Origin: Epithemia pelagica | Taxonomy: Eukaryota; Protista; Bacillariophyta | Direction of reading: 5' to 3' | Length of the DNA: 64,000 nt | Assembly (NCBI GenBank): GCA_946965045.2 | Contig: OX337229.1 | Coordinates: forward strand, 1,240,001 to 1,304,000 | Shown: positions 11,722 to 23,070 of the stretch, in pieces | Position numbering within the stretch: the stretch's first letter is position 1 | Layout of the letters: each line of letters starts with the position of its first letter | The notes under the pieces: model-generated | What the model was told of the DNA's origin: nothing | Seen by the model: only the letters and a program-made list of their open reading frames with translations | Databases searched by the model: none | Program-made: the position numbers and the translations under genes

Positions 11722-12037
11722 ATGAGCAAACCAGTCACTACGTTCTGGCGAATCGCTGGTATGTCATACCTTCAGGTACGTGTCGTATGCACTTCATTCT
11801 GATGATGTATTTGTTCATCTCCATTTCTTTTCAAATGCCATTTGGCGTGAACCATGACACTGACGTTCGTTATCCTTTTTTATTATTCAGTATGTAAACA
11901 GGGCGGCTTCATCCATCCGCGGGGCTGTGAAGGAACCGGCGAAGAGCAAGGCTATGGCTCAAGGAAATTACTTCTATAAATCATCAGTGTGGGAAGGAGG
12001 CGTCCAAGGAGCGAAGAAGGAAGTGGGGAGCTTGTAA
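11722..12037 (+). CDS. ATP5F1E: Mitochondrial F1-ATP synthase epsilon subunit, 66 aa; exons 11722-11775 and 11891-12037 (absent from ORF track)
   Basis: Spliced product MSKPVTTFWRIAGMSYLQYVNRAASSIRGAVKEPAK... carries the FWRxAGxSYxxY..AxxxRxAxK epsilon signature; intron GTACGT...TTCAG. Confidence 0.93.
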
Positions 12038-12464
12038 CCTCATAGGTTGATCAACTGGAATACCTATCAAGCAACGTAAAGGATACGTGTGGATCCAAAT
12101 TCAGGTCATCCTATAATGGGTTTTTCGTTTTTCTTGGCCAGTGTTGCGTGGCATTTTGAAGATAAGAAGGATTGATTGCGCATAGCGTATTTTGTCTTCT
12201 TTATCAGTTTACGTTTATCAGCGTTTGATCCTCATGGTGGACACCTCAGTTCTTATGTTTGAGTGATCAGCTGATCAATTGCGTTTATCAACTTTGATCT
12301 TTCTTTATATGTGTCGAGGTTTTCAGTGATTAAATTGCGTTCGTCAACAACTTTTTTCGTAGGGTGTTTGCTAAAGTGCTGCATCCTCATGACGTTCAAA
12401 GCATCACTTTCAATCCAAATGGAACACTCTGCTGTCTAGAAGTAGCGCATGAACACTTTTATCT

Positions 12465-14045
12465 TCACAGCGATGTTCGACTTCCTTCCGCTTCCAGAAT
12501 CAGCTTTGGAAAGCCCATCGATAGGTCACCGTAAAAGCTACATGCAACATATTCATCCGTAAACAAATGGGCGAGGGGTAGCGTGGTCGAAAGAACTAAG
12601 ACTGTCCGTAGGGGACCACTGGATGGTACAACTTTACCAATGTATTGGCCCAAGAGCCGCTCCCCCAAAAGAGTCATGGCACACCATGCGAAAAACACAA
12701 AGTGGTTGCCATAGTTCGGCACATACGTGTTATCTGCCATATGACGCTGACTCATTGTGAAGGGCAAATTCGGCTCTCCGCGACGTTGGGACAAAACGTA
12801 GAGAACGTATTCATGAAGCAGACCTGACCCAACAAAGGTCAAACAAGCGGCAAGGTGAGTATTCATATTCCAACATTTTCGGAGTGGTTCATGTACTCCT
12901 CGTCGAAGAGCTGGGCCAGTCAGTTTGTTCCATCGGCGCCCCCAAAAGTCAATGGACTCTTTGACCGTGTAAGAGGAGCGTCTGAGAAGTCTATGGTGGT
13001 GATGCCCGTGACGACTGAAATCATCAATCCCAATCCACATGCACCCGCTGTGTACGTAATAAATGGCAGGATATTTTCATTCGTAAGGCAGTTGGCATAT
13101 CTTGGCACATAAGTCATAGTCGATGAATTGGGACGAACCTTCTAGTAAGAGACCAGTAAGACCTGCCATCATATAATTGTTGAGTAGGTTTCCCCAATGG
13201 AAGAGATCCCGGAAACCCATTGCCTCTGTTGAGTCAAATCTGTTTCGAGGCGACGAAGGGAATACTTGATAGTGGAACGAAAAGAGTACGCTGGAACACA
13301 GAGTGGTTTGGACAAAAAGAGCACCAAATCTTGCCAATTTGTTCATGGCTTGTCGTCGAGTGTCATATGGTACTGGTGATCCTGTTTCTGCATCTAATTC
13401 GAACTGAATGCTTGAGGCATAGTACATGGCGAACTGTGCAAAAGATGATGAAGCTGCTGTTTTTCCATGCACGGTCATGGTATCCCTCTTTTCCTTGATT
13501 GGTTCTTGTTCATTCACGATTTTACGGTTGATAACATTTGTCTTCGCCTTTTCCTTCTCCATGAGGTAGGAAGGCAATGTGCCGTGCATAGCCTCTAGGC
13601 AACGAAAAACAAGCATGGCAGGATTCGATCCTCCCACGCAAAGTATCAATGCATTATTGTGAAGATCGAACCACTCAATGAGCCAAAACGGCAAGATCAA
13701 CAAAAGAGGGATGACAACACCATAACCCAACAGATACGTAGACAACACCGCTTGATGCTTTTGCTGTGGAATTATGATTCCGTAATATACGACAAAGGCA
13801 AACATGCAGTTCACAACGGACTGAAATGAAATCAAGAGAAATGATACAAGCCAAAAGAGAGGATTGAAACCATAGAAGGCCAATGACAGGTTGTTGTTTT
13901 GCGATAAGGTGGAATTCTCGATCCATGGGGTGATCCACAAGAAGTTTTCCTTGACACTACCCAAGTCCAACACTAAGAGAGCCTTCCGATTGTCTTGCCC
14001 AAACCTCTCGGCGAAGAGTTGGCTGAACAAAGATGACAAAACCAT
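12465..14045 (-). CDS. MBOAT wax-synthase/sterol O-acyltransferase-like protein (copy 1); intron 13048-13138; apparent 1-nt frameshift at 12951-12952
   Basis: Multi-TM protein with SKSP/xDFWGRRWN and FVGSGLLHEY (catalytic His). The frame changes inside the S-P-x-D-F-W motif. Confidence 0.85.
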
Positions 14046-14217
14046 GGCACCTTGCGAGAGCTATGGATAAAATGGATGTTGCATGATTGAGATTTTTTTT
14101 TATTTTATATTTCAATGCAGTGAGATCGTAAGGCATGGCAAAAATGAGCAATGACAATGACCAACGCGTCCCAAGAGCGACCGAAGTTATAGGGGCAAGT
14201 TCAAGCCCACAGTAACC

Positions 14218-15969
14218 ATGGAAAGCAATAGAAAGACCGCTTATGATGAGCAAGACAGCTTCAGTAACTATTCGGATGCGACAGAGAGTGATCCTTCCGT
14301 AAGAAGAAAAGAGCGCAAACGGAGGAAGAAACGCAGAAAAGAAGAACGGAAACGTGATCGAAAACGATCTGCCACAAGGAAAAGACGTTCACGGGAGGAT
14401 GAAAGCGAAATCGAATCGGAAGATTTGTCGTCGGGAGACAGTTATGATGAGGATTTTGACTCCAGCAGAAGCTATCATCGAACACAAAAACGAAAACACA
14501 AGAAGAAGAAGAGCAAAAAACGAAAGAGGAAGGAAATGAATCGGTCAAGAGAAGAGGTCAATGTGAACCAACACGAGAGGAACCATGAGTTGGTCAACAA
14601 CCTTGTGGAACTCTTCACTTATCATCCAGGAATGTCCGACCAGCTGCCAATTCTTCTTGTTCGATTATGCAGTGGAACAACCTTTTCATTGGAGCAATCT
14701 CAAGTTCGTGAACCTCTTGAAAAGGTTCTGCAGTGTTTGTTTCCGTTTGGTGTCTATAAAGATGAAACTGGATCTTATGCATGGAAACACGATCCTCTTC
14801 TGAGCCGGTCGTTTACTGTCTCTTCCACTTCGCAGCATTCAGAGCTCTCTTTAGTTCGTGTGGTTAGATCTCTGCTGGATGATATTGGGCTGACCGCTTC
14901 GACAGTTCTTGAGTATGAACAAGGACGACGAAGAAATCACTCACAAACCCCGACGACGGCTTCTTCTCCTCACTCCGCTGAGACGACTACTGAGTCTCAC
15001 ACAGATCTATTAAAAGATATTCCTAGGCTGGTGCATCGAATCTTGACAACTTCTCCTAAGGTGGAGAAAGAACTTGTTGAATTCGCTGAGATGATTCTAC
15101 AAGGCGAAACAGTTTCGCTTGACAGATTGAAGAGCGAACAATCAAAGGGACAAGTATCGCAGCTCTTTGAAATGTGTCAGTTGAAACGCATTGAATCTAC
15201 GGGGGAAGTTGGCATCATTAGTGCAGATAACGTACCTATTGGGGGATATTCGCTACCTGAGACCGATAGTACATGCAAGAAAGCCTCCGACAGTCTAAAA
15301 TTGTTGATTCAGACTTGTCAATCAAAGTCTGTTCGTGTTCTTGGGCCCATGCGACCGCCACCAGGTTACAATGAGCGGACTGCATCAGATGACGAGGATG
15401 AAGAAGGACCGCAATTGACTCCAGCTGATCATTCTTCAAACACGCTTGACGAGAATGAAATAAAAGCTCTGGCACGTCAACGCCTTGCGGAGGTTGAGCG
15501 AGCCAAGGCTGGACTGGACCCTTCTTTCGACCCCACAGATGGAAATGGACGAGAAGAGTGGATGCTGGTTCCAGGACAGTATGATTTCGTGGATGCGTTG
15601 AAGGCGTCTGGATCGAATATGCGCAATCGGCAATTCCAAAATACCAAAACCGGAGAAAATGACAAGGATGAAGTGCCACAGATGGATCCACAAGTTAAGG
15701 CGGAGATGAATAAACTCATGTTGGCTCATCAACAGTCACGAGGGGCCTCCCTGATGGAGGAGCACCAGGCTGAGAAACGGCGGAAACAAGAAGAAATGCA
15801 ACAGCAAGAAAAGGCAAGTGGCCAAAAGAGTTCTTCGTGGAAATGGAATAGGTCGCAAGATTTGGATGCAGGAAGACGTGTAGACAACGCTGCCTTGCAA
15901 AACGTGTTGGGAGGAGCGTCCTCAGGACTGAAGACGAAGTTCCAAGGCGGCTTCCATTCTTCCCGATAG
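14218..15969 (+). CDS. GPALPP1/DUF3752-like nuclear protein
   Basis: Lys/Arg/Ser-rich N-terminus; VLGPMRPPPG, REEWMLVP, SLMEEHQ, W-RSQDL and LKTKFQGG motifs typical of the family C-terminus. Confidence 0.7.
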   Translation: MESNRKTAYDEQDSFSNYSDATESDPSVRRKERKRRKKRRKEERKRDRKRSATRKRRSREDESEIESEDLSSGDSYDEDFDSSRSYHRTQKRKHKKKKSKKRKRKEMNRSREEVNVNQHERNHELVNNLVELFTYHPGMSDQLPILLVRLCSGTTFSLEQSQVREPLEKVLQCLFPFGVYKDETGSYAWKHDPLLSRSFTVSSTSQHSELSLVRVVRSLLDDIGLTASTVLEYEQGRRRNHSQTPTTASSPHSAETTTESHTDLLKDIPRLVHRILTTSPKVEKELVEFAEMILQGETVSLDRLKSEQSKGQVSQLFEMCQLKRIESTGEVGIISADNVPIGGYSLPETDSTCKKASDSLKLLIQTCQSKSVRVLGPMRPPPGYNERTASDDEDEEGPQLTPADHSSNTLDENEIKALARQRLAEVERAKAGLDPSFDPTDGNGREEWMLVPGQYDFVDALKASGSNMRNRQFQNTKTGENDKDEVPQMDPQVKAEMNKLMLAHQQSRGASLMEEHQAEKRRKQEEMQQQEKASGQKSSSWKWNRSQDLDAGRRVDNAALQNVLGGASSGLKTKFQGGFHSSR

Positions 15970-16204
15970 GAGTTTCACGAGCCTGCGTCATTTCCTCTAC
16001 AGCGTAATGGACGTCTTGAAAGGTCAATAATCACTAAGAGACAGCCCGTGGTTGCAACTTCTTCTACTTTGTTTAAAAGAAACATGTGCATCAGAAATAT
16101 AGATGCACCAGTATTACATGGTATGCTTCCATCCCCCCGCAAGACGAATCAAAAATAAGCAGCATGAGAAAGGCCCCCGAGTTGGCGAGAAAGACGGACA
16201 TAAA

Positions 16205-18142
16205 CTACGCATAATGTTTCTGTTTCAATAGTTGTTGTTGCTGCTGCATCAACATCATCTGCTGTTGCTGTTGTTGTTGTTGCTGCTGGTGATGTTGTTG
16301 AACTTTCATTTGTTCCAACTGTCGCAGCTGAGCTTCACGAGCCGTTGTCCAAGCTTCGTCCGACAAAGTGGAACGTTGCGAGAGATTGGTGTGCTGGACT
16401 GACTGACTTTGATCTAGTGCAGCAGCAGCAGTCGCAACTTCACCCCGACGTTTCAGCTCCCATTCTTGTTCTTCTTGTAACAGGGCCTGGATGACGGCCT
16501 TGCGCTGCTGAGCGCGCGTTTCATCCGGATTCAGCATGGCGCTAGGCGATGACATCATTCTGTTTTCAACCGTTGATCCCCCAGTCAGAGTATGTCGCGA
16601 TAAGGCAGCTGGGATACCACCCATGCTACGTGAAATGCTGTCATCAAGACCAGGTTGCGACTGGTCCATGAGAGCAGCTCGGCGTTCTTGTTGAAGTGCC
16701 ATCATCTGCTGGAGCTGATGTTCGTCTACTGGTCCTTCGGCGCCGGTTCCAACTCTAGATGCCATGGGGAAATCTTGTAAGGCTCCATTAGGTCCAATTT
16801 CCATAGCCGATGAAACCGGTGGACGAACAAGTCCACCTGGACTACCTGGAAGGCCTTGAATGTCCGGTAACGTTCTGCGCATCGACGCTAAAGAAGAATA
16901 CGCCTTGTTGTCTTGACTTGTCATGGCCGCTGAACGAAGTGCCGCTTCCTGCAACTGCTGTTGCTCTAAAATAATGCGTCGCTTCTGGGCTGCGAATTCA
17001 AGCTCTCGTTGTCGAAGGAGATTTTGAATCTCACGCTCGTTCAGGTCATGTTGATCACGGACAAGTTGCTCCATCTTTGCCTGTTGAAATTGCCGATGAG
17101 AAAGGTAAAGAGCTTCCGCGGAGGCAGCCGAGGCATCGGTAACACGATCCAAAGTTGGTTCCATGAGCATGGAACCGCCTCCCGCAATTGACTCATTAAG
17201 GGCCGGAGCATCATGAAAAGGCAAGGTACCTTCCACCAAGGGTCCTTGGCTTGTCATTGGAACAACAAAATCTGCTTCACGGCGAAGATTTCTACTTGCC
17301 CCACCAGGACCTCGCATGAATGCATCGTTTTGTCCACCACCAGAAGCGCGCTGTTGAGCATTTCCAGCTGCAATAAGTCGCCCAAGGCACCTGACCTTAC
17401 GTTTGACTGTAGCGCGTTCTCCGCGGCGAAAATCTGGGTGTCTGAAGATATCAGAGTTGTTGCTCTGTTTCTCATGCACACGGCTGAATCCCCACCGGCC
17501 AAGCTTGCGTACAAAACTGGACATGTTCCGAATGTTGAATAACTTGGCCATCTTGTACAAGGTGAACTTCTTGTGATTGACGACAGTAAAGGCCGTCCCA
17601 TCAGGCATCCACTGCAGCACATCGTGATGTTCTTCGTTTTCAAGAATATCGTAGAGTTGTTCCGCAAAGGTTGGCTTTTGATTAGGAGTGCGGATGAGGT
17701 CTTCCTTGGTACCCTTGATTACACTTGAATCTTTGGTGTCTTTCTTGGGACTATCAGCCTTGATCACCACTTTCTTTTCTTTCGTACGATCGACTTGAGA
17801 GTCGCCACTTCCTTCCTTGCTTGTCATTGAGTCGTCCGTAATTTTCGCGGCATGATCATCGCCTTCTCGTTCAAGCTTCTCATTTTTGGATTCCTCTGCT
17901 GCTGAAGAATGGTTGTCGAGAAGCCGCGAAGCTGCAGTCACGAGGTTAAACAGAGGACTGGCATTGCTGTTCGCGACCGAGTCATTCGTTACTTCGGTCA
18001 CGTCCGATTTCCGTCGGGCCGCTGGAACTTGTTCTGATGTAGTATCCATGGTTGGCGCGGGTGCGGACGAGATTGTTTTCTCCGCACTACTCGCAACTGT
18101 GCTTTCCTTTGAAGGTTGAGTGTCTTTCTCGTTGTCAACCAT
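16205..18142 (-). CDS. HSF-type DNA-binding-domain transcription factor with a Gln-rich C-terminus
   Basis: FAEQLYDILE...VLQWMPDGTAFTV...FNIRNMSSFVRKLGRWGF...FRHPDFRRG; first ATG at 18142. Confidence 0.92.
   Translation of the reverse strand: MVDNEKDTQPSKESTVASSAEKTISSAPAPTMDTTSEQVPAARRKSDVTEVTNDSVANSNASPLFNLVTAASRLLDNHSSAAEESKNEKLEREGDDHAAKITDDSMTSKEGSGDSQVDRTKEKKVVIKADSPKKDTKDSSVIKGTKEDLIRTPNQKPTFAEQLYDILENEEHHDVLQWMPDGTAFTVVNHKKFTLYKMAKLFNIRNMSSFVRKLGRWGFSRVHEKQSNNSDIFRHPDFRRGERATVKRKVRCLGRLIAAGNAQQRASGGGQNDAFMRGPGGASRNLRREADFVVPMTSQGPLVEGTLPFHDAPALNESIAGGGSMLMEPTLDRVTDASAASAEALYLSHRQFQQAKMEQLVRDQHDLNEREIQNLLRQRELEFAAQKRRIILEQQQLQEAALRSAAMTSQDNKAYSSLASMRRTLPDIQGLPGSPGGLVRPPVSSAMEIGPNGALQDFPMASRVGTGAEGPVDEHQLQQMMALQQERRAALMDQSQPGLDDSISRSMGGIPAALSRHTLTGGSTVENRMMSSPSAMLNPDETRAQQRKAVIQALLQEEQEWELKRRGEVATAAAALDQSQSVQHTNLSQRSTLSDEAWTTAREAQLRQLEQMKVQQHHQQQQQQQQQQMMLMQQQQQLLKQKHYA
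16236..16295 (-). repeat. CAG/CAA trinucleotide tract encoding polyQ at the HSF C-terminus
   Basis: Plus strand ...gttgttgttgctgctg...gctgttgctgttgttgttgttgctgctg...; encodes QQHHQQQQQQQQQQMMLMQQQQQ. Confidence 0.8.
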
Positions 18143-21128
18143 ACTGATCAATCACAAATAACTTTGGCGTGTTTCTAACTTACGAGGTAGAGAGAATTGA
18201 TAGAATGGATGCACCCGAACGGCACCCTGTCTTGTTTGACTTTCTTGTTCTTGTGCGATTTGCCGGTACTGTTTGTACGGTGTGTATGCGCTGTTACTTG
18301 TATTTTTTATGGTCAATGAAACCAGAGCCCATCGTGTTGATGAGAGGATGTCCGTTTGTCCCTACAAACTTTTTCAACGCGTCTACCGGTATTTTGCTAG
18401 TACATTGATGCGGAGCTTATATTGTCTCTCCGTTCCCTACATCACTATAAACTACGCCCCATCGGTTATCTGTTGTCTTTCAATCATCATTCAATTGATC
18501 ACTGGGTGCATATTTCGACCACTAATAAAATACGTCACTCTAGGTTTTCCGAACGGGCTGCATTTCACGCCTGTCCGGCCATATCGCGGAACTGTACTGG
18601 TTGTTGCTCGTAGCTCGTAGTGCAAGCAGGCTTTGGCCTTTGCCTGGTATGCGTGAAAAGGTCCTCTATAAATACTAACGGCAAAGTAAGCGATCAACCA
18701 AGACTCTTTCGATTTTGTCCCCCGTTCGCTGACCCAGTTCGGTTCCCAAGTGCCAGCGAGTCAATGCGTGATGGATGTATGGCACCGACTACCGTAGATG
18801 TCCGCTTTTTAGTGGTCTGCCTGTCAACTCTTTAGTGGTCTGTCCCGCTCACCAAAAACTCCATCTCCGCCAGAAAAAAAATCTGACTTCCGTTAGAAGA
18901 GGCTGGCGTGATTTGGCAGTTGGAAGTTGGCAGGCGCTCTGCTCAACAAGACTCAAAATATTCCTGTTCTGTCAGGAGTCATAAAATCGACGCCGCAACA
19001 AAATGAGACAAGAACATCAAACCAAACCCCAAAACGGCCTCATGATTTGCTACTGAGCACTGAGCATGTCATCTTTGTCAGCATGGTAAGTTCCGGAAGG
19101 CCTAATCCCTGCAGTGTAATGGACCATGGTTTGGGTTAGGTTCTCACTTCTTTGCCACACTGTCAAGTGCTTGTGCCGTACAACATCCATTTTTGGTCCA
19201 TTCAATGTTCAATGGGCGGCAGCTAAAATCAAATGTAGGATTCGTGTTGTATTTCATTCGTAGGAGTAGAATTTTAAACCTCTGTGAGATAGGATTAGTG
19301 AAGCAAACCATCCCTTTCTCATCTGTTGCTCAGTTTGAGTCTTTGTAGTGTCTTGTGTTGTCGACTTCCTCCTCTTGGTCGTTTTTTTTGCCCGGAGTAT
19401 CCCCTGTGTTTCTCAGCAGCATGGGGGACTCTGCATGCTCCATGACACAAGCAGGAAGAGAGTCATTCTAAAAGAGGTAGTAGTAGGTAAAGCTCATTTG
19501 CTTGCAAAGAGACAAGCCTACGGCATAGACAAACAAGGTGTGCAGATGTGGATGAAGGTGTGCTTTTAAACCGAGAACTACACGAGAACAAAGAACACTA
19601 GAAAAAGGAGGGAAGGGGGCACAGCCAAACACTATCTATGGCCTTTGCATGTCGAATGTCAGTGATACGCAAATGATGGAGAATGCATGTTCATGGTGCA
19701 TGTCCATGACAAACACCGAAAAGAGAAAAGACGAAGTAACAAAATTTGTGAGGAGTTGGAATTGGAAGGAAAGGGAAAAGGGAAGACCAACGGTCAAAGC
19801 GCGCACGTCTGCTCACAAGATTTCGAAAGGGTGATCCAGAAGGCCGGCGTGCTCATTTTCATTTTAACCAGAAATTTTCTTGATAAACGAAAAAAAAAGA
19901 AAATGAAAATGATTGGTCGCGGACGGCTAAGAAGCGGACACCTAGTCGGAGGGATCAAACACTGCTGTAACCGATTTTTAACCAGTCTACCCCGGCGAAT
20001 AAAAGTAGGCAATAGTTTTTGCTGTTGCCCATCCATCCATTTTTGGTTCAGAGTCAGCCCTGCCCGCTAGTATTTATTCACCATCCATAAGCATCTTTGG
20101 ATGCGTGATGTGAGCCCAACGGACGGCGGGAGCATCTTTGATCTTTGAACTTTGAATGGCATACGAGATACGAGTACGGCCGATCTTGCCACTACTCGTA
20201 CAATACACGGCAATCGGCTTGTAGGCCAACCTCCAACCTCCATAGACATAGAGCAGCCCCAGAAAAAATTTTGTAAGGCCTTTTTCCTTTTTCCCACATT
20301 TGATACGAGCGACCAGGTGCGAGTGGAGGGAGTCTAGACTACACCAGGCCGGCGCGTTAGCGAACGGAAAGTAGAACACTTCCGGAAACCTAGGATGATA
20401 GATGAAAACTAAACTAGCCTTCACACTCTTTGCTGCGAACGTCACTATTTTCCTCCTAGAAGGACAACTAGGCTACCGTAAAGCTATTTACTAGCTAGCG
20501 TCGCCTACTTCTTGTTACTCACCTAGTACTCTCCAGGCGTCTCAACTTCTTTTCTTGTTGCGAGTGTTGATGCAGATCTCGATCCTTTGGATCCTTGGAA
20601 CGACACCAACCGCTACGAAGTCAGATACCTCGTAATGCTGCACAGAACATAGGCGACAGACGGCGTCTGGGCCTCTTTGGCCGCATCTGTTCACACGAAA
20701 GACAATAATTGCGATATCTAACCAATAATATATTATGATAATCAATCACTATTCTCGTGGCGAGACAAACTCCCCTCCAAATGTCATGGATCGGTGAGTC
20801 ACGAGTCGTACGATTTTCCGGCAGGGAGAAAAGGGCATACCGAAATTTATGGCGAGGGCTTATAGTTTCATGGATTTCATCTGTACTTTCAAATGCAAGA
20901 CATTGTCATGGGCATCTTCGTTGCATGTACTCCGACTCCTTAAAGGCGGGCGGAGCCTCACTTGATGCCTACTATTCCGGGCACAGTCCATCGGTTGAGT
21001 TGCCATTGGAGCGAGTTTTTGATGCCAACACGTGTCATCATTATTTCGTGATCCATGATTCATTCTTTCCCGTGGGAATCCCTTATTGGCTGCATTCCCA
21101 AACAATCTGCGTCGCAAAACGAGAAACC

Positions 21129-22793
21129 ATGGCAACGGACGAGAACAAGGTTGTGGTTGATGAAGAGGAGACTAGCCCTGATGAGGATGATAAGAACATA
21201 TGGGAACAACAGGGATACAGTCCGCTTGTTTCGATTGAAGGAGTTGGTGGTACTATGGCGATGGTGTCACTAGGCCCAAACTCTCGATCACCCTGGGGAT
21301 ATCCAGGCGACGATGACAATGAGGAAGATATTGATGAAGAACAGCAGCAGGTTGTGGACAAGAACAATGAACATGCAAATGCACCATCGGATGCCTTGGC
21401 AGATTTTCGAGAGGTTGCCGAGCAAGCTCTTCGTGAACTGGAGTTGGACTACGAACAAACGCTGGGAAAATCGATTGCTGCTCCTCCATCAACGAGCAAG
21501 ACCCCAACTCAAGCTCTCGAACCAATGGATTTTGCAGACTGGACTGACTGCGAATCGTCATCTCTTAACGAAAAGCGTCGACACGACGAAGAAGAAACGC
21601 CAGCAGAGAATGGGACCAAGACAGTGCCAAATGAGCGGAATGATTCTGTGTTTTCTCCATTGGAGGATCCACTTTCTCCTCTCCTGAATCAAACGACGGC
21701 AACCAAAATTGTTCCTGAAATTGATGGTGATGCCGTGCGTAGAGCTATATCGCATATGAATAAATTACAGAGTCCTGGTTTTGTGAACAAGTTCAAACAA
21801 TGGGAATCCTCCAAGATTCCGCGTACGGACGAGTCAGCCTCTGCATCTCCAGAGGTTGGCACAGAACCGGGCGATGCGGCTCATACCGCAATAACGAAAG
21901 ACGAGCTGTGGGCCGCTTCCTTTCTTGTTCCGCAGTCGCATGCCTGTATCCCTAAATCCATTCTTCGATTGTTTACGTCTCAGAACCAAAAACCCACGAC
22001 GGCACCTTACGGCAGTGAACCGTCGGTCCAAGAAGAAACTCACCAATTATCACGTTCGGCAACTATGGTGGAAGCTTTGTGTCGTTTGGATGCGTTGCAG
22101 CGTCAAGAACGGTTGGTGGTACATTTGATTGGTTGCGATTACCACGAAGAGCAAAAACCTGGCAGGAATTCAACATCCACACCCAGCGCTGTCACTACCG
22201 TTTTGACTGGTGGCATTCCGAATTGTTTGCAACCTGCTCTTCAGTGGCTACCTCGAGCTCGGCAAGTTCCCAAAATCTTGGAGTTCCATCTGATTGGTCC
22301 CAATCTTGAAAGAAATGGATCCGTAGAAATTGTCGATTCTTTACCGGCCCCGTTTGAATCCGTCCAGTGCAACCATCACGCTTGTCTGTATCATGAATTT
22401 TTACAACAACAACAAGAAAAAGATGACATGAACGATGCAGTGCCAGTACCCCCTGATTTGATCCTATCGTACAACGCTGGACTTTGGGGATACGATGACT
22501 GGAAGCGAACTCTGGAGTATCTTTCGTCAACAGCTTCTTGCAAGAGTGCAGAAGAGGTGGACACCAGATCCGCATCTCGAAAAAAGATACCGTTTGTTGT
22601 GACGGCTTACACTCTTTTGGAAGCTCAAGAAGATTACGAGGTCGTGAAAGCGATCTTCCCCGACTCGACTTGTTTGTGGAAGCCACAGCTCAATCCATTT
22701 GGTTCACACCATCCCCGACCCACCGCTACTGCACCACCGCAACAAACCGAATCGTATCGAGAAAACGCCGCTTGGCAAGCGTGGAGAATATAG
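21129..22793 (+). CDS. Protein with an MSS51-like C-terminal domain and an acidic low-complexity N-terminus
   Basis: LVVHLIG, EFHLIGP, LYHEF, PDLILSYNAGLWGYDDW, PFVVTAYTLLEA and NPFGS motifs; likely ATG at 21129. Confidence 0.75.
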   Translation: MATDENKVVVDEEETSPDEDDKNIWEQQGYSPLVSIEGVGGTMAMVSLGPNSRSPWGYPGDDDNEEDIDEEQQQVVDKNNEHANAPSDALADFREVAEQALRELELDYEQTLGKSIAAPPSTSKTPTQALEPMDFADWTDCESSSLNEKRRHDEEETPAENGTKTVPNERNDSVFSPLEDPLSPLLNQTTATKIVPEIDGDAVRRAISHMNKLQSPGFVNKFKQWESSKIPRTDESASASPEVGTEPGDAAHTAITKDELWAASFLVPQSHACIPKSILRLFTSQNQKPTTAPYGSEPSVQEETHQLSRSATMVEALCRLDALQRQERLVVHLIGCDYHEEQKPGRNSTSTPSAVTTVLTGGIPNCLQPALQWLPRARQVPKILEFHLIGPNLERNGSVEIVDSLPAPFESVQCNHHACLYHEFLQQQQEKDDMNDAVPVPPDLILSYNAGLWGYDDWKRTLEYLSSTASCKSAEEVDTRSASRKKIPFVVTAYTLLEAQEDYEVVKAIFPDSTCLWKPQLNPFGSHHPRPTATAPPQQTESYRENAAWQAWRI

Positions 22794-23070
22794 CGTATGA
22801 TATTTGCAATGGTAGCCACCTTTTACACACTGCAAAGTTCAAGGCATTGGTGAAGCAGACAAACAAATAGTGTTTTACTATGGTCTCCCGGAGGAGTTCA
22901 AAGAATAGTCATAGCTGGAATACGGGCAAGGCATTCCGGCAATGGTCAACAAACACATAGTTCAAAAGGGTCAGAAGGCTTTTTCTTTATGCAAGCGATG
23001 AAATGGCTGTATGAAGTGACTCCAAGTCCTTCCATAAACCATTGAGTTTCACAATGACCACGAATGTGTT

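Noticed and set aside
18144-18183. Possible 5'-UTR intron just before the HSF ATG
   Set aside because: It would be only 40 nt, well below the 64-115 nt introns seen elsewhere in the window; unsupported without RNA data.
20757-21128. N-terminal extension of the 678-aa ORF
   Set aside because: It starts at GTG and has non-coding-like composition; the ATG at 21129 opens a typical acidic N-terminus.
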